Part shown: positions 19,201-28,330 of the stretch, piece after piece
Layout: every line of letters begins with the position of its first letter
Numbering within the stretch: position 1 is the stretch's first letter
From: Candidatus Eiseniibacteriota bacterium
GTDB taxonomy: Bacteria > Eisenbacteria > RBG-16-71-46
Direction: 5' to 3'
Length of the DNA stretch: 64,000 nucleotides
NCBI GenBank assembly: GCA_963707915.1
Contig: OY970178.1
Location: 2,176,001 to 2,240,000 of the forward strand
The notes under the pieces: model-generated
The model's database searches: none
The model's input: only the letters and a program-made list of their open reading frames with translations
What the model was told of the DNA's origin: nothing
Made by a program: the position numbers and the translations under genes

Positions 19201-19300
19201 GGAGTCCGGGCTGGCCGGAAGCGGCGACCGGGACCGCCAGGAAGAGGAGGAGGAGCGCGAGGACCCGGGCGGGGGCGCGGAACGGATGCGGCGGCCTCAT
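16232..19300 (-). CDS. Secreted Kelch-repeat beta-propeller protein with C-terminal FlgD/T9SS-like tail
   Basis: Signal peptide; 12 repeats of HSAIYDPVRDRMVVFGG...DVWxL...W; C-terminal PNP...LEAFDLAGRRV...PGVYLVRL. Confidence 0.9.
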   Translation of the reverse strand: MRPPHPFRAPARVLALLLLFLAVPVAASGQPGLPGVPSLAPEARQGLALAAADTLLPRWQRALMMRLARGSDPSALRPPATDTRPAPPTRAPAADDGSWSEPDPGIIPVSPMSARDYPSAVYDPVRDRMVVFGGYDGSARNDVWALTLAGAPAWTQLTPDGTPPSARYSHTAIYDPVRDRMVVFGGFDGYRRNDVWTLSLGDTTEWTLLTPSGSLPNARYGHSAIYDPVRDRMVVFGGYDDWRWYNDVWALSLGGTPGWTALPNSPTTPGGRYLHSAIYDPVRDRMVVFGGGAGAYPANYSYGDAWALPLAGTAAWTMLSPNGASPGARLAHSAVYDPVRDRMIVFGGTGLDGLLEDTWAFPLAGTSAWTALAPDGTLPGARAGHGAIYDPVRDRMLVFAGVARLSPWYAYYNDVMALSLADTLAWTGSHSQPGVFLHSTIYDPVRDRMVVFGGDGASATFNDVWSLSPADKPTWTALEPTGTRPSARCLHSAIYDPVRERMVVFGGLDGSAEFRNDVWSLSMGDTPAWTRLTPTGAPPVGRVGLVAIYDPVRDRMVVFGGDDSGDIRLDDVWALSLAGTPRWTDLTPYSTSPGARMCHSAIYDPVRDRMVVFGGYGDYRLNDVWALSLAGAPAWMQLTPTGTPPGARMCHSAIYDPVRDRMVVFGGGGEHPLDDVWALSLAGTPEWTQLTPSGSPPNARYGHSAIYDPLRDRMMLVGGWVANPCSEIRSLTWGAPALAGVTCPADVVWTAGASSDLGYGVTNPYAFAQTADYTLASGRDWPGFPVSGSVVVGADGTAPVPLSVPVPDSAANGLNPLVFRVTLRGLPQHVTCSHNLHDVSTPVLLSLVSALADPDRVRLTWYTAGGDGGAVTVYRRVADAAWSALGSVSADGTGLVVYEDRQVTPGTRYGYRLGVLDQGREVFAGETWVDVPRVAELALAGVCPNPATVALAVAFSLPDAAPARLEAFDLAGRRVAVREVGPLGGGSHVVQLGERRSLAPGVYLVRLARGSRRLTARAVIVR
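17100..18965 (-). repeat. 12 tandem coding repeats of about 155-170 bp (Kelch blades)
   Basis: Recurring GAACACCACCATGCGGTCGCGCACCGGGTCGTAGA core on the + strand; 17301-17370 and 17457-17526 are identical. Confidence 0.9.
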
Positions 19301-19435
19301 GGGCAGTCTCTCGGGTGACGACTGGGACTCTCGGAGCCGGCGTGGAATCGGCGCCTATCATATAGCGAACGGCGCTCCATATCACCCTATTCCAGCGCAC
19401 GGCTCCCGGACCCGGCCGGCCGGGCCACCGCCCCC

Positions 19436-20332
19436 CTACCGCAGGAACAGCACCACCACCCCCGCCACCGCCACCAGCGCGCCGGCGAGGGTCCGCAGGC
19501 TCAGGCGTTCGCCGTGGAAGCGCGCCGAGAGCAGCAGGGTCAGCACCGGGTAGATGGCGGTGATCGAGGCGGCCACGCCGGCCTCGATGTACTTGAGCGC
19601 GGTGAGCGACAGGGTGACGCCCATGAACGGCCCGAAGAAGGCCCCGCCCACCATGAAGCCCGAGGCCCGGCCGTCGCGCAGGGCGCCCAGCGTGCGGCGC
19701 ACGTCGCGCTGGAGCGCGGCCAGCAACCAGATCCCGACCGCGGCCGCCACGATGCGGACCACGGTCGCCGAGAGCGGATCGAGATCCGAACGCAGCGCCA
19801 TCTTCGACAGCACGTAGCCGCCCGCCTGCCCCACCGCGGCCAGCACCCCCGCCACCACGCCGACGAGCGCCGAGCCTTCGACGTGCGCCTTCGCCGGTTG
19901 CTCGCGCTCCCAGATCACCCAGCCGATGCCGCCCAGCGTGAGCGCCATCCCGAGCAGGATGAGCGGCCCGGGGTGCTCGCCCAGCAGCGGCCACGCGAGC
20001 AACGCCGTGAAGATGGGCGCCGTCGAGGTGACCAGCGCCGCCCGCCCGGGGCCGATGATGACGAGCGAGCGGAAGTAGTAGGTGTCGCCGAAGACAAAAC
20101 CCACGAGACCGCTCAGCGCGAGCAGCCCGACCTGCCACGGGGTCGCCCACACCGGCCAGGGGGAGCCGCGCAGCACCAGCAGCGCCGTGCACAGCAGCAG
20201 CGCGGCCACGCTGATGCGCAGCCGGTTGAGCACCACCGATCCCATGCGCTGCCCGGCGGCGGCGAAGAAGTTGGAGCCGGCCGCCCAGCACACGGCGGTG
20301 CCGAGCGCGGCGAATTCGCCAGCGAATCTCAC
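19436..20332 (-). CDS. DMT/EamA family transporter
   Basis: About 10 hydrophobic helices in two EamA halves (LSGLVGFVFGD, GPFMGVTLS, GERLS); GTG start with AGGAGG RBS. Confidence 0.9.
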   Translation of the reverse strand: MRFAGEFAALGTAVCWAAGSNFFAAAGQRMGSVVLNRLRISVAALLLCTALLVLRGSPWPVWATPWQVGLLALSGLVGFVFGDTYYFRSLVIIGPGRAALVTSTAPIFTALLAWPLLGEHPGPLILLGMALTLGGIGWVIWEREQPAKAHVEGSALVGVVAGVLAAVGQAGGYVLSKMALRSDLDPLSATVVRIVAAAVGIWLLAALQRDVRRTLGALRDGRASGFMVGGAFFGPFMGVTLSLTALKYIEAGVAASITAIYPVLTLLLSARFHGERLSLRTLAGALVAVAGVVVLFLR

Positions 20333-20538
20333 GGGGCGCTCCTCCTGCGAAGGGGAGAGGCAAGGTACCCGAGCGGGAGCTTCGGAGGCCAGTCGGCGCG
20401 CGGCCGTGCGACCGGGGCGCGAGAGAGAGCGCGCTGGTCGCGCGTTCCGCGGCGTTCGCCCGATGACCCGCCGCTTGCCGCTGCGCACGTGGGAGGATGG
20501 AGCCCTCATCCAGCCGGGCGGAGATCCACGGAACCCAT

Positions 20539-21531
20539 ATGCCCGGTGGCGCCGCATCGCAGGTCGACAAGTCGAGGCACGTGCTCGCGACCCCGAGGGT
20601 CGTCGCGATCGCGCTCGTCGTCGCCACCGCGGCCTCCCTGGGCTTCCTGCCCCGCGCCACCCCCGACGCCATCGTGTTCTCCTCGGATTGCTGCACCCGC
20701 TCGGCCGAGATCTACCGGGTCCGTCCCGACGGCTCGGGCCTCGCACGGCTCACGGTCAACTCGACCGACGAGCGCGATCCGGCGGTCTCCCCGGACGGCA
20801 GGCGCATCGCCTACGCCTCCGACGCCTCCGGCTTCTCCCAGATCTACTTGATGGACGCCGACGGGACCGGCTCGCGGTGCGTCTTCCACAGCACCTCGTG
20901 GGACGAGAGCCCGCGCTGGTCGCCCGACGGAACGAAGCTCGTCTTCACGAGGCTGTCGCGGTTCGCGGACGTCTCCGGCATCTGGGTCGTGAACGTGGAC
21001 GGGACCGGACTGCGGGGGCTCACGCCGCGCCGGGGCAGCGACTGGGACCCCGACTGGTCCCCCGACGGGACGCGGATCGTCTTCGCGACCCGCAACGGCG
21101 CCCTGCGCCAGGTCCACACCATGCGGGCCGACGGCCGGGACCGGCGCTGCCTCACCCGCGACGCGTCCGACAAGCGCTTCCCGCGGTGGTCCCCGGACGG
21201 CAGGCGGATCGCCTATTCCGCGGTGGGCACCGCGCCGGCCCGCGCGAGCATCCACGTCGTGCGCGCCGACGGCACCGGTGACGTGGCGCTGACCACGGGC
21301 GCCACCGAGGACGGCCGCCCGACGTGGTCGCCGGACGGCGCGAGGATCGTGTTCCAGTCGGGCCGCGGCGGGGCCCGCTCGATCCGCACCATGAGCGCCG
21401 ACGGCTCGGACCTCCGCCGCGTGACGTCCGGCGATTGCCCCGGGAGCGACCGGAGCCTGGACTGGGGACCGACCGAGCCGGTCGGCCTCCTCCGCGGCGG
21501 CCCGTGGCCCGCCACGCGGGCCGTGCTGTGA
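20539..21531 (+). CDS. TolB-like PD40 beta-propeller protein (start uncertain)
   Basis: Repeated PxWSPDG...IVF/IAY motifs and an N-terminal hydrophobic segment. Confidence 0.85.
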   Translation: MPGGAASQVDKSRHVLATPRVVAIALVVATAASLGFLPRATPDAIVFSSDCCTRSAEIYRVRPDGSGLARLTVNSTDERDPAVSPDGRRIAYASDASGFSQIYLMDADGTGSRCVFHSTSWDESPRWSPDGTKLVFTRLSRFADVSGIWVVNVDGTGLRGLTPRRGSDWDPDWSPDGTRIVFATRNGALRQVHTMRADGRDRRCLTRDASDKRFPRWSPDGRRIAYSAVGTAPARASIHVVRADGTGDVALTTGATEDGRPTWSPDGARIVFQSGRGGARSIRTMSADGSDLRRVTSGDCPGSDRSLDWGPTEPVGLLRGGPWPATRAVL

Positions 21532-21586
21532 ACTGACCGGCGGCGCCCGCGGCACGGAGAGCCGCCGCGCCGCCGCACGAAGCCGA

Positions 21587-21614
21587 GGGGCCGGGCGCAT
21601 CAGCGCCCGGCCCC
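21587..21614. terminator. Hairpin between convergent genes
   Basis: GGGGCCGGGCGC-ATCA-GCGCCCGGCCCC, a perfect 12-bp stem between the TolB-like gene and pepT. Confidence 0.5.
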
Positions 21615-21647
21615 GCTCTCACGCCCCGCGGATCGCGCGAGGGCCGC

Positions 21648-22904
21648 CTACGCCCGCTCTTCCCACACCCGCGCGAGGTTGACGATCATCTCGACCGCCT
21701 TGGCCATGTCCTGGACCGAGATCCACTCCAGTCGCGAATGGAAGTTGTGCTCGCCGGCGAAGATGTTCGGAGTCGGCAGGCCCATGAACGAGAGCCGCGA
21801 ACCGTCGGTGCCGCCGCGGATCGCGGCCTCGCGCAGCTCGAGCCCGGTGCGGCGCACCGCCTCGCGCGCGTTCTCGACCACCTGCGGGTAGTGGTCGAGC
21901 ACTTCCTTCATGTTGCGGTAGGACTCCTCGACCTTGCAGGTGACGGACGCGCCCGGCCAGGCCGCGACGGTCTCCTTCGCCAGCTTCTCGAGGAAGTCCT
22001 CCTTGGTCTTCAGCTCCGCGGTGACGAAGTCGCGGATCAGGAACTTGACCGAGGTCTTCTCGACCGCGGCGTCCACGACGTACGGGTGGACGAAGCCCTC
22101 GCGCTTCTCGGTGGTCTCGGGCGACAGCCCGACCTTGGGCAGCCGCGAGAGGAAGTCGGCCGCGATCTTGATGGAGTTGATCAGCTTGCCCTTGCCGAAG
22201 CCGGGGTGGGTGTTGAAGCCCTCGAACGTGATGGTCATCGAGTCGGCCGAGAAGGTCTCCATCTCGACCTCGCCGAGGTCCTCGCCGTCCACGGTGTAGG
22301 CGCAATAGGCGCCGAACTTCTTCACGTCGAAGTACTTGGTCCCGCCGCCCACTTCCTCGTCCGGCGTGAAGCCGACGCGGATCGCCCCGTGCGCGATCTC
22401 CGGGTGCTGCACCAGGTACTCGGCCGCGGCCACGACCTCCGCCACGCCCGCCTTGTTGTCCGCGCCCAGCAGCGTCTTGCCCGAGGCCGTGACGATGTCG
22501 TGGCCCTTCTTCCCGGCGAGCACCGGGCTGTCGTTCGCCTTGAGCACCGTGGACGGGTCGTCGGGCAGCACGATGTCGCCGCCCTGCCAGTTGCGGTGGA
22601 TGATCGGCTTCACGTTCGCGCCGTCCGCCTCGGGCGAGGTGTCCACGTGCGCGATGAAGCCGACCACCGGCACGTTCGGCTTCTTCGTCGTCGCCGGCAC
22701 GGTCGCGAAGACGTAGCCGTACTCGTCGCGTGCCGCGTCCTTGAGCCCGATCGCCTTCAGCTCCTCGACCAGCTTGTCGATCAGCACGAACTGCTTCGCC
22801 GTGCTCGGGTAGGTCTCGGAGTTCTCGTCCGACTGGGTGTCGTACGTGACGTAGCGCAGGAAGCGCTCGAGCTCGGTGGTCTTGAGCGGCGGGTTCGGCG
22901 ACAT
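21648..22904 (-). CDS. pepT: Peptidase T (tripeptidase)
   Basis: ERFLRYVTYDTQSD, FIAHVDTSP, LLGADNKAG, FTPDEEVG, IRGGTDGSRLS, PTPNIFAGEHNFHS. Confidence 0.95.
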   Translation of the reverse strand: MSPNPPLKTTELERFLRYVTYDTQSDENSETYPSTAKQFVLIDKLVEELKAIGLKDAARDEYGYVFATVPATTKKPNVPVVGFIAHVDTSPEADGANVKPIIHRNWQGGDIVLPDDPSTVLKANDSPVLAGKKGHDIVTASGKTLLGADNKAGVAEVVAAAEYLVQHPEIAHGAIRVGFTPDEEVGGGTKYFDVKKFGAYCAYTVDGEDLGEVEMETFSADSMTITFEGFNTHPGFGKGKLINSIKIAADFLSRLPKVGLSPETTEKREGFVHPYVVDAAVEKTSVKFLIRDFVTAELKTKEDFLEKLAKETVAAWPGASVTCKVEESYRNMKEVLDHYPQVVENAREAVRRTGLELREAAIRGGTDGSRLSFMGLPTPNIFAGEHNFHSRLEWISVQDMAKAVEMIVNLARVWEERA

Positions 22905-23016
22905 GACGGGCTCCTGGGTTGGCCGGAACGTTCGTGGAGAGACGAGCGTGAGGCTAGTCGAGCCCCCCGGTCGAGGCAAACACCGGGCCGAGCCGCCACC
23001 CGCGTGCGCCGCGCGG

Positions 23017-23454
23017 CTAGAGCAGTTCCTCGAGGATCTCCGCGGCGCTCCGCACGAAGGCGGGACAACGGCGCTTGAACAGGTCCTGGGCGCGCGCGCG
23101 CTCGAGCCCCTCGGGGGTGCCGATGTCGCAACCGAGCAACTCCCGGCACACGATCGTCCCGTGCCGCGCCTGGAACCGGGCCAGGAACTCCCGCACCGGC
23201 GGATAGGCCTGCTGCTTGCCCAGCGGATCCGCCTCCGCCGGGACGCCGCAGTGCCGCAGCCCGAGCGCCATGATCGCGCCGGTGACCGCACCGCAGGTCT
23301 CTCCCGCGCGCCCGAAGCCGCCGCCGAAGCCGGCGGCCACGCGCAGCGCGGTCTCGCGCGGCAGGTCCGCGGGGTCGGCGAACGCGGCGAACACCGACTG
23401 GGAACAGGCGAACTCCTGCTCGAACATCCGTACTGCCGTCTCGATGCGGTCCAC
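23017..23454 (-). CDS. C_GCAxxG_C_C family putative redox protein
   Basis: ACSQSV, GFGGG, ETCGAVTGA, IVCRELLG, RCPAFV. Confidence 0.88.
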   Translation of the reverse strand: MDRIETAVRMFEQEFACSQSVFAAFADPADLPRETALRVAAGFGGGFGRAGETCGAVTGAIMALGLRHCGVPAEADPLGKQQAYPPVREFLARFQARHGTIVCRELLGCDIGTPEGLERARAQDLFKRRCPAFVRSAAEILEELL

Positions 23455-23563
23455 GGAGCGTCTCCCGGATCGGGTTGACCTGCCTGGCCTGGCCCATTCA
23501 CGACGCGTCGCTGCGAACGCGGGAGGACCGCGCTCGCAGGCGGCGCGCCACGAACCGTCCAGG

Positions 23564-24811
23564 CTAGATCATCCGCCGCAGGGTAACCGAACGCTCGGCG
23601 CGGGTCCCATCCCGCTCCACGGTCAGGCGAAGCGTGGCGCCCTCCTGCTTGAACAGGTCCAGCAGGCCTTCCTGACGGGTGCTGTCGAGTTCCCGTCCAT
23701 CGATGGCGACGATGCGGTCGCCGGGCGCGATGCTGGCTTCGGCCGCGGACGAACCCTCCATCACGGTGCGGACGGACAAGGAACCATCTCTCCGCGGCCG
23801 CAGGACCAGGCCCGCCATGTTGTGCTCGAAGGGCCGATCGTAGCCGGGCCGGGGGGAGAGCAGCATCCGCTGATGGGGGTAGTCGATGACCACGCGGAAT
23901 CTCCTCAGGACCTGGTTTCCCAGGTTCCCATCTGCGCCCGTGCCCAGGCCAGCGCAGGTCGTTCCGGTCTCCTTGCCGGCGAAGGAACTGACGACGCTCG
24001 GGAGGGTGAACGGCCCGAGGCGCAGGTTCCGGATGCGCCCGATCCGCCCTTTGACTTCCCCCTGGACCCCCTTCCCGACGATGGACGTGATCGTCTTCGC
24101 GGGAAGCGTGAGACGCTTCGTCTCCGGCTGGAGGGAGAGCGCATGCGCGGCCCCCAGATCGACCACGAGACGGACCGCGACCTTCTCCTGATCCTCGTTC
24201 TCGACCTGCGCTTCCACGGTCGGGAACCCGGCGGCCAACTCCACGGGGATGCTCTCGAAGCCCCGCGCCTGGAACGATCCGCTCTCGTAGAGCGAGAGGA
24301 CCGAGCGCTCGAAGTCGAGGTCGACGACGTACCGGTCGAAGATCGACTTGCCGATGACCCCGTCCCACTCCCAGGAGGACGTGTCTCGTGCCTCGGCCAT
24401 GGCGATGACCGTCTGCTCCGGCAACTCGATCCCCCCGAAGGCGACGGTGGCGCCCATGTAGAGCAGGCCCTCCGGAGGGGCCTGCCCGCCTGCTCCGCCG
24501 ATCTGCACGGGCTGACCATCCTCGAGCCGAAGCTCATCGCCGAGTTCCCGGTGCATCAGCAGGACGATCGGGGCGGACATGCCGGTGTCCAGTACCATGT
24601 CCAATTCCCGCGACCCGTTGATCCGGACGGGGACCATGATCATGCCGTTGACGCTGTGGAAGGGGATCCGCGCCACCGGAGCCGGCGACATCGTCGGCAC
24701 GGAGGCGTGGCCTCCCCGGGTGTGGTTGTCTGCCCCGGCCGAAGATGCGCTCACCGCGGCCAGAGCCAGCCCGGTGGCCAGCAGGATCCCGACAAATGGC
24801 TGCCTGATCAT
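23564..24811 (-). CDS. Secreted aspartyl-protease-like protein (two Asp domains) with C-terminal PDZ
   Basis: Signal peptide; VLDTG and VVDLG motifs, DGVIG/DGNLG; PDZ motif SAAEASIAPGDRIVAIDG. Confidence 0.85.
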   Translation of the reverse strand: MIRQPFVGILLATGLALAAVSASSAGADNHTRGGHASVPTMSPAPVARIPFHSVNGMIMVPVRINGSRELDMVLDTGMSAPIVLLMHRELGDELRLEDGQPVQIGGAGGQAPPEGLLYMGATVAFGGIELPEQTVIAMAEARDTSSWEWDGVIGKSIFDRYVVDLDFERSVLSLYESGSFQARGFESIPVELAAGFPTVEAQVENEDQEKVAVRLVVDLGAAHALSLQPETKRLTLPAKTITSIVGKGVQGEVKGRIGRIRNLRLGPFTLPSVVSSFAGKETGTTCAGLGTGADGNLGNQVLRRFRVVIDYPHQRMLLSPRPGYDRPFEHNMAGLVLRPRRDGSLSVRTVMEGSSAAEASIAPGDRIVAIDGRELDSTRQEGLLDLFKQEGATLRLTVERDGTRAERSVTLRRMI

Positions 24812-24888
24812 GGCTTCCTCCCCTGTCTTCCGGTCGTCCCTCTGTCGCACATGCGCGAGCGAGTCCCGGACTCCCGGCGGGCGGTTCG

Positions 24889-26027
24889 CTACCGCCGGAT
24901 GATCCTCAGTCCCGCGGGCGGATCGACCGGATCGGGCGGCGTCCTGCGGGCGGCGTCGAGCGACCGTGCGAGCCGCGTCTTCTCCTCGTCGTTCGCCGCC
25001 TTCCCGAGCAATCGCTCCACCGCCATGACGTGGGCCACGCGGAGCGCGGTGTCGGCAGCGGCCGCGACGTCGGGCTTCACGCCGACGCCCTCCCAGTTCG
25101 TCCCGGTGACCGGGCTCATGACGCGGCCCGTCGCCACAAAGGCGCTGAAGCCTCCTGGCAACTGGACCATCCCGTTGCCGGGGTTGCCCGCGCCGGCGGT
25201 CTGCTCACCGACGAGCGTGGCGCGCTTCTCGGCCTGCAGGGCGTAGGCAAAACTCTCAGCGGCCGAGCCCGTGAATCGCCCGGTCAGCACGTAGACGTCC
25301 TTGCCCGCGAAGCGCGGGCCCGGCACGTAGGGAAGCGTCCAGTCCGACCTCAGGCCGGCTTCCGGCCCCCCCGGTAGCGGAAGTCGAACAGGTGCAATTG
25401 CTCCGCCGGATCGAGCAGGTACGTGATCAGGAGATTGACCATGCTCGCGAAGCCGCCGCCGTTGCGCCGCACGTCGATGATGAGCGCATCGCTGTGGGCC
25501 AGGAAGCCCATGGCTGCCGCCGCGACCTCGCCCGCCCCGGTCGCGGGGTCGTCGAACACGCGCAAGTCGAGATAGCCGACGTTGCCCGCAAGGCGCTGGA
25601 GCTTCTCGAAGCCGAAGTTGCGCTGCCCCGCCATGGCCCGCATCCGCTCCATGTCGACGGCCGCTCCGCCCCCGCAGCCGATCTGCATCCGGCTGGTCGG
25701 ATCGTAGTGCACGCGCAGGTGCAGATCATGGGCGACGGCATAGAGGTGATCGTTCAGCGTGTCCGCGAAGGCCCGGGCGCTCGTGATGCGGGCGTACTCG
25801 CCGCGGGCGACGTGCCGGCGCAGCGCCTTGACGACATCCTTCGCCACGTCCGGGAACACATAGAGCTCCTCGATCCGCGACGCGAGCGTATCGAGCACGG
25901 CGGTGCGCGTGGCGGCGGAGACCGGGCTGTCGGGAGCGGGAGCGGCCGCGTTCTGCGCGCGGACCGGTGCGGACGCGAGGACCAGGAACAGCGAGAGCAG
26001 GCAGATCGGTGGGACGAGCTTCCTCAT
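24889..26027 (-). CDS. S41-family peptidase; frameshift at a G7 run near 25366-25372
   Basis: Signal peptide, GNVGYLDL, LIIDVRRNGGG in one frame; VYVLT...TGSAAESFAY, GEQTAG, WEGVGVKPD in the next. Confidence 0.85.
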
Positions 26028-26125
26028 GGACGTCTTCCTCCGGACGGTGGGTCCATACGGCGCTGCGCAGGGGGCCGACAAGAGGAGTGTCGCGGGCGGC
26101 GATGAAGAAGGTGTGAAGGCGGTGG

Positions 26126-27532
26126 CTACGCCTGCGGCGAGAGGGGCAGCGTGAAGGCGAAGGTCGACCCCTTCCCCACCTCGCTCTCGGCCCGGACCGT
26201 GCCGCCGTGGGCCTCGACCAGCCGCCGCACGATGGCGAGCCCCAGGCCCGCCCCGCCCGTCGCGCGGGCGCGCGACGGGTCGACCCGGTGGAAGCGCTCG
26301 AAGACGAACGCCAGGTGCTCCGCGGGGATGCCCTGGCCGGTGTCGCGCACCGCGAACTCGACGGCACCGTCCACCGGGCGCGCGCTCAGCGTGACGGAGC
26401 CGCCCGCGGGAGTGTGCTGGAGCGCGTTGGTGAGCAGGTTGCGAAGGACCTGCGCAATGCGTTCGCGGTCGGCCAGGACCGGCGGCAGCGGCGGGACCTG
26501 CGATCCCAGGACCACGCCCGCCCCGGCGGCGGCGGGCCGCGACGCCGCGAGCACCGACTCGACCAGCTCCGCCGGGGCCAGCGGCTCCAGCGTCAGCCGC
26601 AGGGCTCCCGCTTCGGCGAGCGACAACTCCTGCAGGTCCCCGACCAGGCGCGCGAGCAGCAGCGTCTCCTCCCGCAGGGAACGGAGCGTCGGGGCGTCGG
26701 GCTGCGCCAGCCCGTCCTCGAGCGCCTCGATCTGGCAGCGCAGGTTCGTGAGCGGCGTACGCAGCTCGTGCGCGACATCGCTGACCATGGTGCGGCGCAG
26801 CGTCTCCTGTTGCGCCACGGCGTCGGCCATCGCATTGAACGAGCGCGCCAGGTGCCCGATCTCGTCCCTGGCGCCGGTGGCCACGCGCGCCGAGAGGTCG
26901 CCGCGCGCCATGCGCTGGGCCGCGGCGGTCAGATCCCGGACCGGCCGCAATACCGCCCGGCTCAGCGTCAGGATGAGGACGAGCGCCAGCGCGCCGCCCA
27001 GCGCCAGCGCCAGAGCCAGCCCCGAGGACATGCCGCGCCGCATGCGGTCCCGGTCGAGCATCTGGCCCACGTCCGGCAGGACGATGGCGTGGAGCGTGCC
27101 GACCACGCGGCCATCGGACACGACCGGGGCGCTGGGGTTGCTCTGCAGCCGCATCATCGATCGCCGCCCGCCGGGCAGACGCATGGAGATGGTGATCGCG
27201 CCGTCGGGGCCGGTGCGCAGCGCGCTCTCGCGCAGCGGGACGCTGGTGGCCGCGACGACCGACCCGGAGCCGCCCGTCAGGAGCAGCTCGAACCCCGCCG
27301 GCTGGTGCCGGCGCAGCACCTCGTCCACCCCGCTCCAGCCGCGTCGTGCGTCCCAGCAGCGCTGCAGAGCCCGGGCCGCGGTGCCCAGATCGGGGCACGC
27401 GCTGGGGACGTTCACCCGCATCATCGACATCTCGAGGTTCACGGTCCGCTGGGTGACCAGCCCGACCACGCCCAGGGCCAGCCCCGCGACCAGCAGGCTC
27501 GCCACCAGGAGGCGGGCGCGCAGGCTGATCAC
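26126..27532 (-). CDS. HAMP-domain sensor histidine kinase (BaeS-like)
   Basis: Two TM segments, HAMP domain, [11 protein letters not shown]-box, NLLTNA, DTGQGI, GAGLGL. Confidence 0.93.
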   Translation of the reverse strand: MISLRARLLVASLLVAGLALGVVGLVTQRTVNLEMSMMRVNVPSACPDLGTAARALQRCWDARRGWSGVDEVLRRHQPAGFELLLTGGSGSVVAATSVPLRESALRTGPDGAITISMRLPGGRRSMMRLQSNPSAPVVSDGRVVGTLHAIVLPDVGQMLDRDRMRRGMSSGLALALALGGALALVLILTLSRAVLRPVRDLTAAAQRMARGDLSARVATGARDEIGHLARSFNAMADAVAQQETLRRTMVSDVAHELRTPLTNLRCQIEALEDGLAQPDAPTLRSLREETLLLARLVGDLQELSLAEAGALRLTLEPLAPAELVESVLAASRPAAAGAGVVLGSQVPPLPPVLADRERIAQVLRNLLTNALQHTPAGGSVTLSARPVDGAVEFAVRDTGQGIPAEHLAFVFERFHRVDPSRARATGGAGLGLAIVRRLVEAHGGTVRAESEVGKGSTFAFTLPLSPQA

Positions 27533-28215
27533 TCCGACGCCTCCCCGGCGAAGCGGTAGCCGACGCCGGGCACGGTGACGACGAACCGGGGCACGGCCGG
27601 ATCCGCCTCGAGCTTGCGCCGGAGGTTCATCACGTGCGCGTCCACCGTGCGCTCGAGCACGTCCGAGTCGGCGCCGAAGGCCACCTCCACCAGCCGCGCC
27701 CGCGTGAAGGCGCGGCCCGGGGCCCGCGCCAGGGCGGCGAGCAGATCGAACTCGCGCGGGGTGAGGGGGACCGGCTCGCCCCGCCGACGCACCTCGTGGC
27801 GCTCGCCGTCGATCTCGAGCAGCCCGAAGCGCAGCGGTGCCCCCGCGGGCGGGGCTCGTCGCAGGATCGCACGCACGCGCGCCACCAGCTCGCGCGGGCT
27901 GAAGGGCTTGGTCAGGTAGTCGTCCGCGCCCAGGTTCAGGCCGGCAAGCTTGTCCGCTTCCGTCGAGAGCGCCGAGAGCATCAGGATCGGCACCTGCGAA
28001 TCGGCGCGCAGCCGGCGGCAGACCTCGAGGCCGTCCACGCGGGGAAGCATGAGGTCCAGCACGACCAGATCGGGCCGCGACTCGCGCGCCTCGTCGAGCG
28101 CCTGCTCGCCGTTGTAGGCGCAGACGACCTCGAAGCCGGCGTGCTCGAGATAGAGCCGGCAGCTTTCGACGATCTTCTTCTCGTCGTCCACGACCAGGAT
28201 GCGGCCTTCAGGCAT
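27529..28215 (-). CDS. OmpR-family response regulator
   Basis: [22 protein letters not shown], winged-helix [18 protein letters not shown] overlap with the kinase. Confidence 0.95.
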   Translation of the reverse strand: MPEGRILVVDDEKKIVESCRLYLEHAGFEVVCAYNGEQALDEARESRPDLVVLDLMLPRVDGLEVCRRLRADSQVPILMLSALSTEADKLAGLNLGADDYLTKPFSPRELVARVRAILRRAPPAGAPLRFGLLEIDGERHEVRRRGEPVPLTPREFDLLAALARAPGRAFTRARLVEVAFGADSDVLERTVDAHVMNLRRKLEADPAVPRFVVTVPGVGYRFAGEASE

Positions 28216-28330
28216 CCGGCAGCCCTCCGGACTTCGTCGGTGGAACCCGGTCCACTTCCTCTACGAGCATCGGCCGGCGCGATGAAGCATCCATGAAGGC
28301 CGGGGCCGGTCCTTCGGCCCCGCCGCCGGC

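Noticed and set aside
16232..19300. Diversity-generating retroelement target
   Set aside because: No reverse transcriptase and no template/variable repeat pair with adenine-specific differences is visible.
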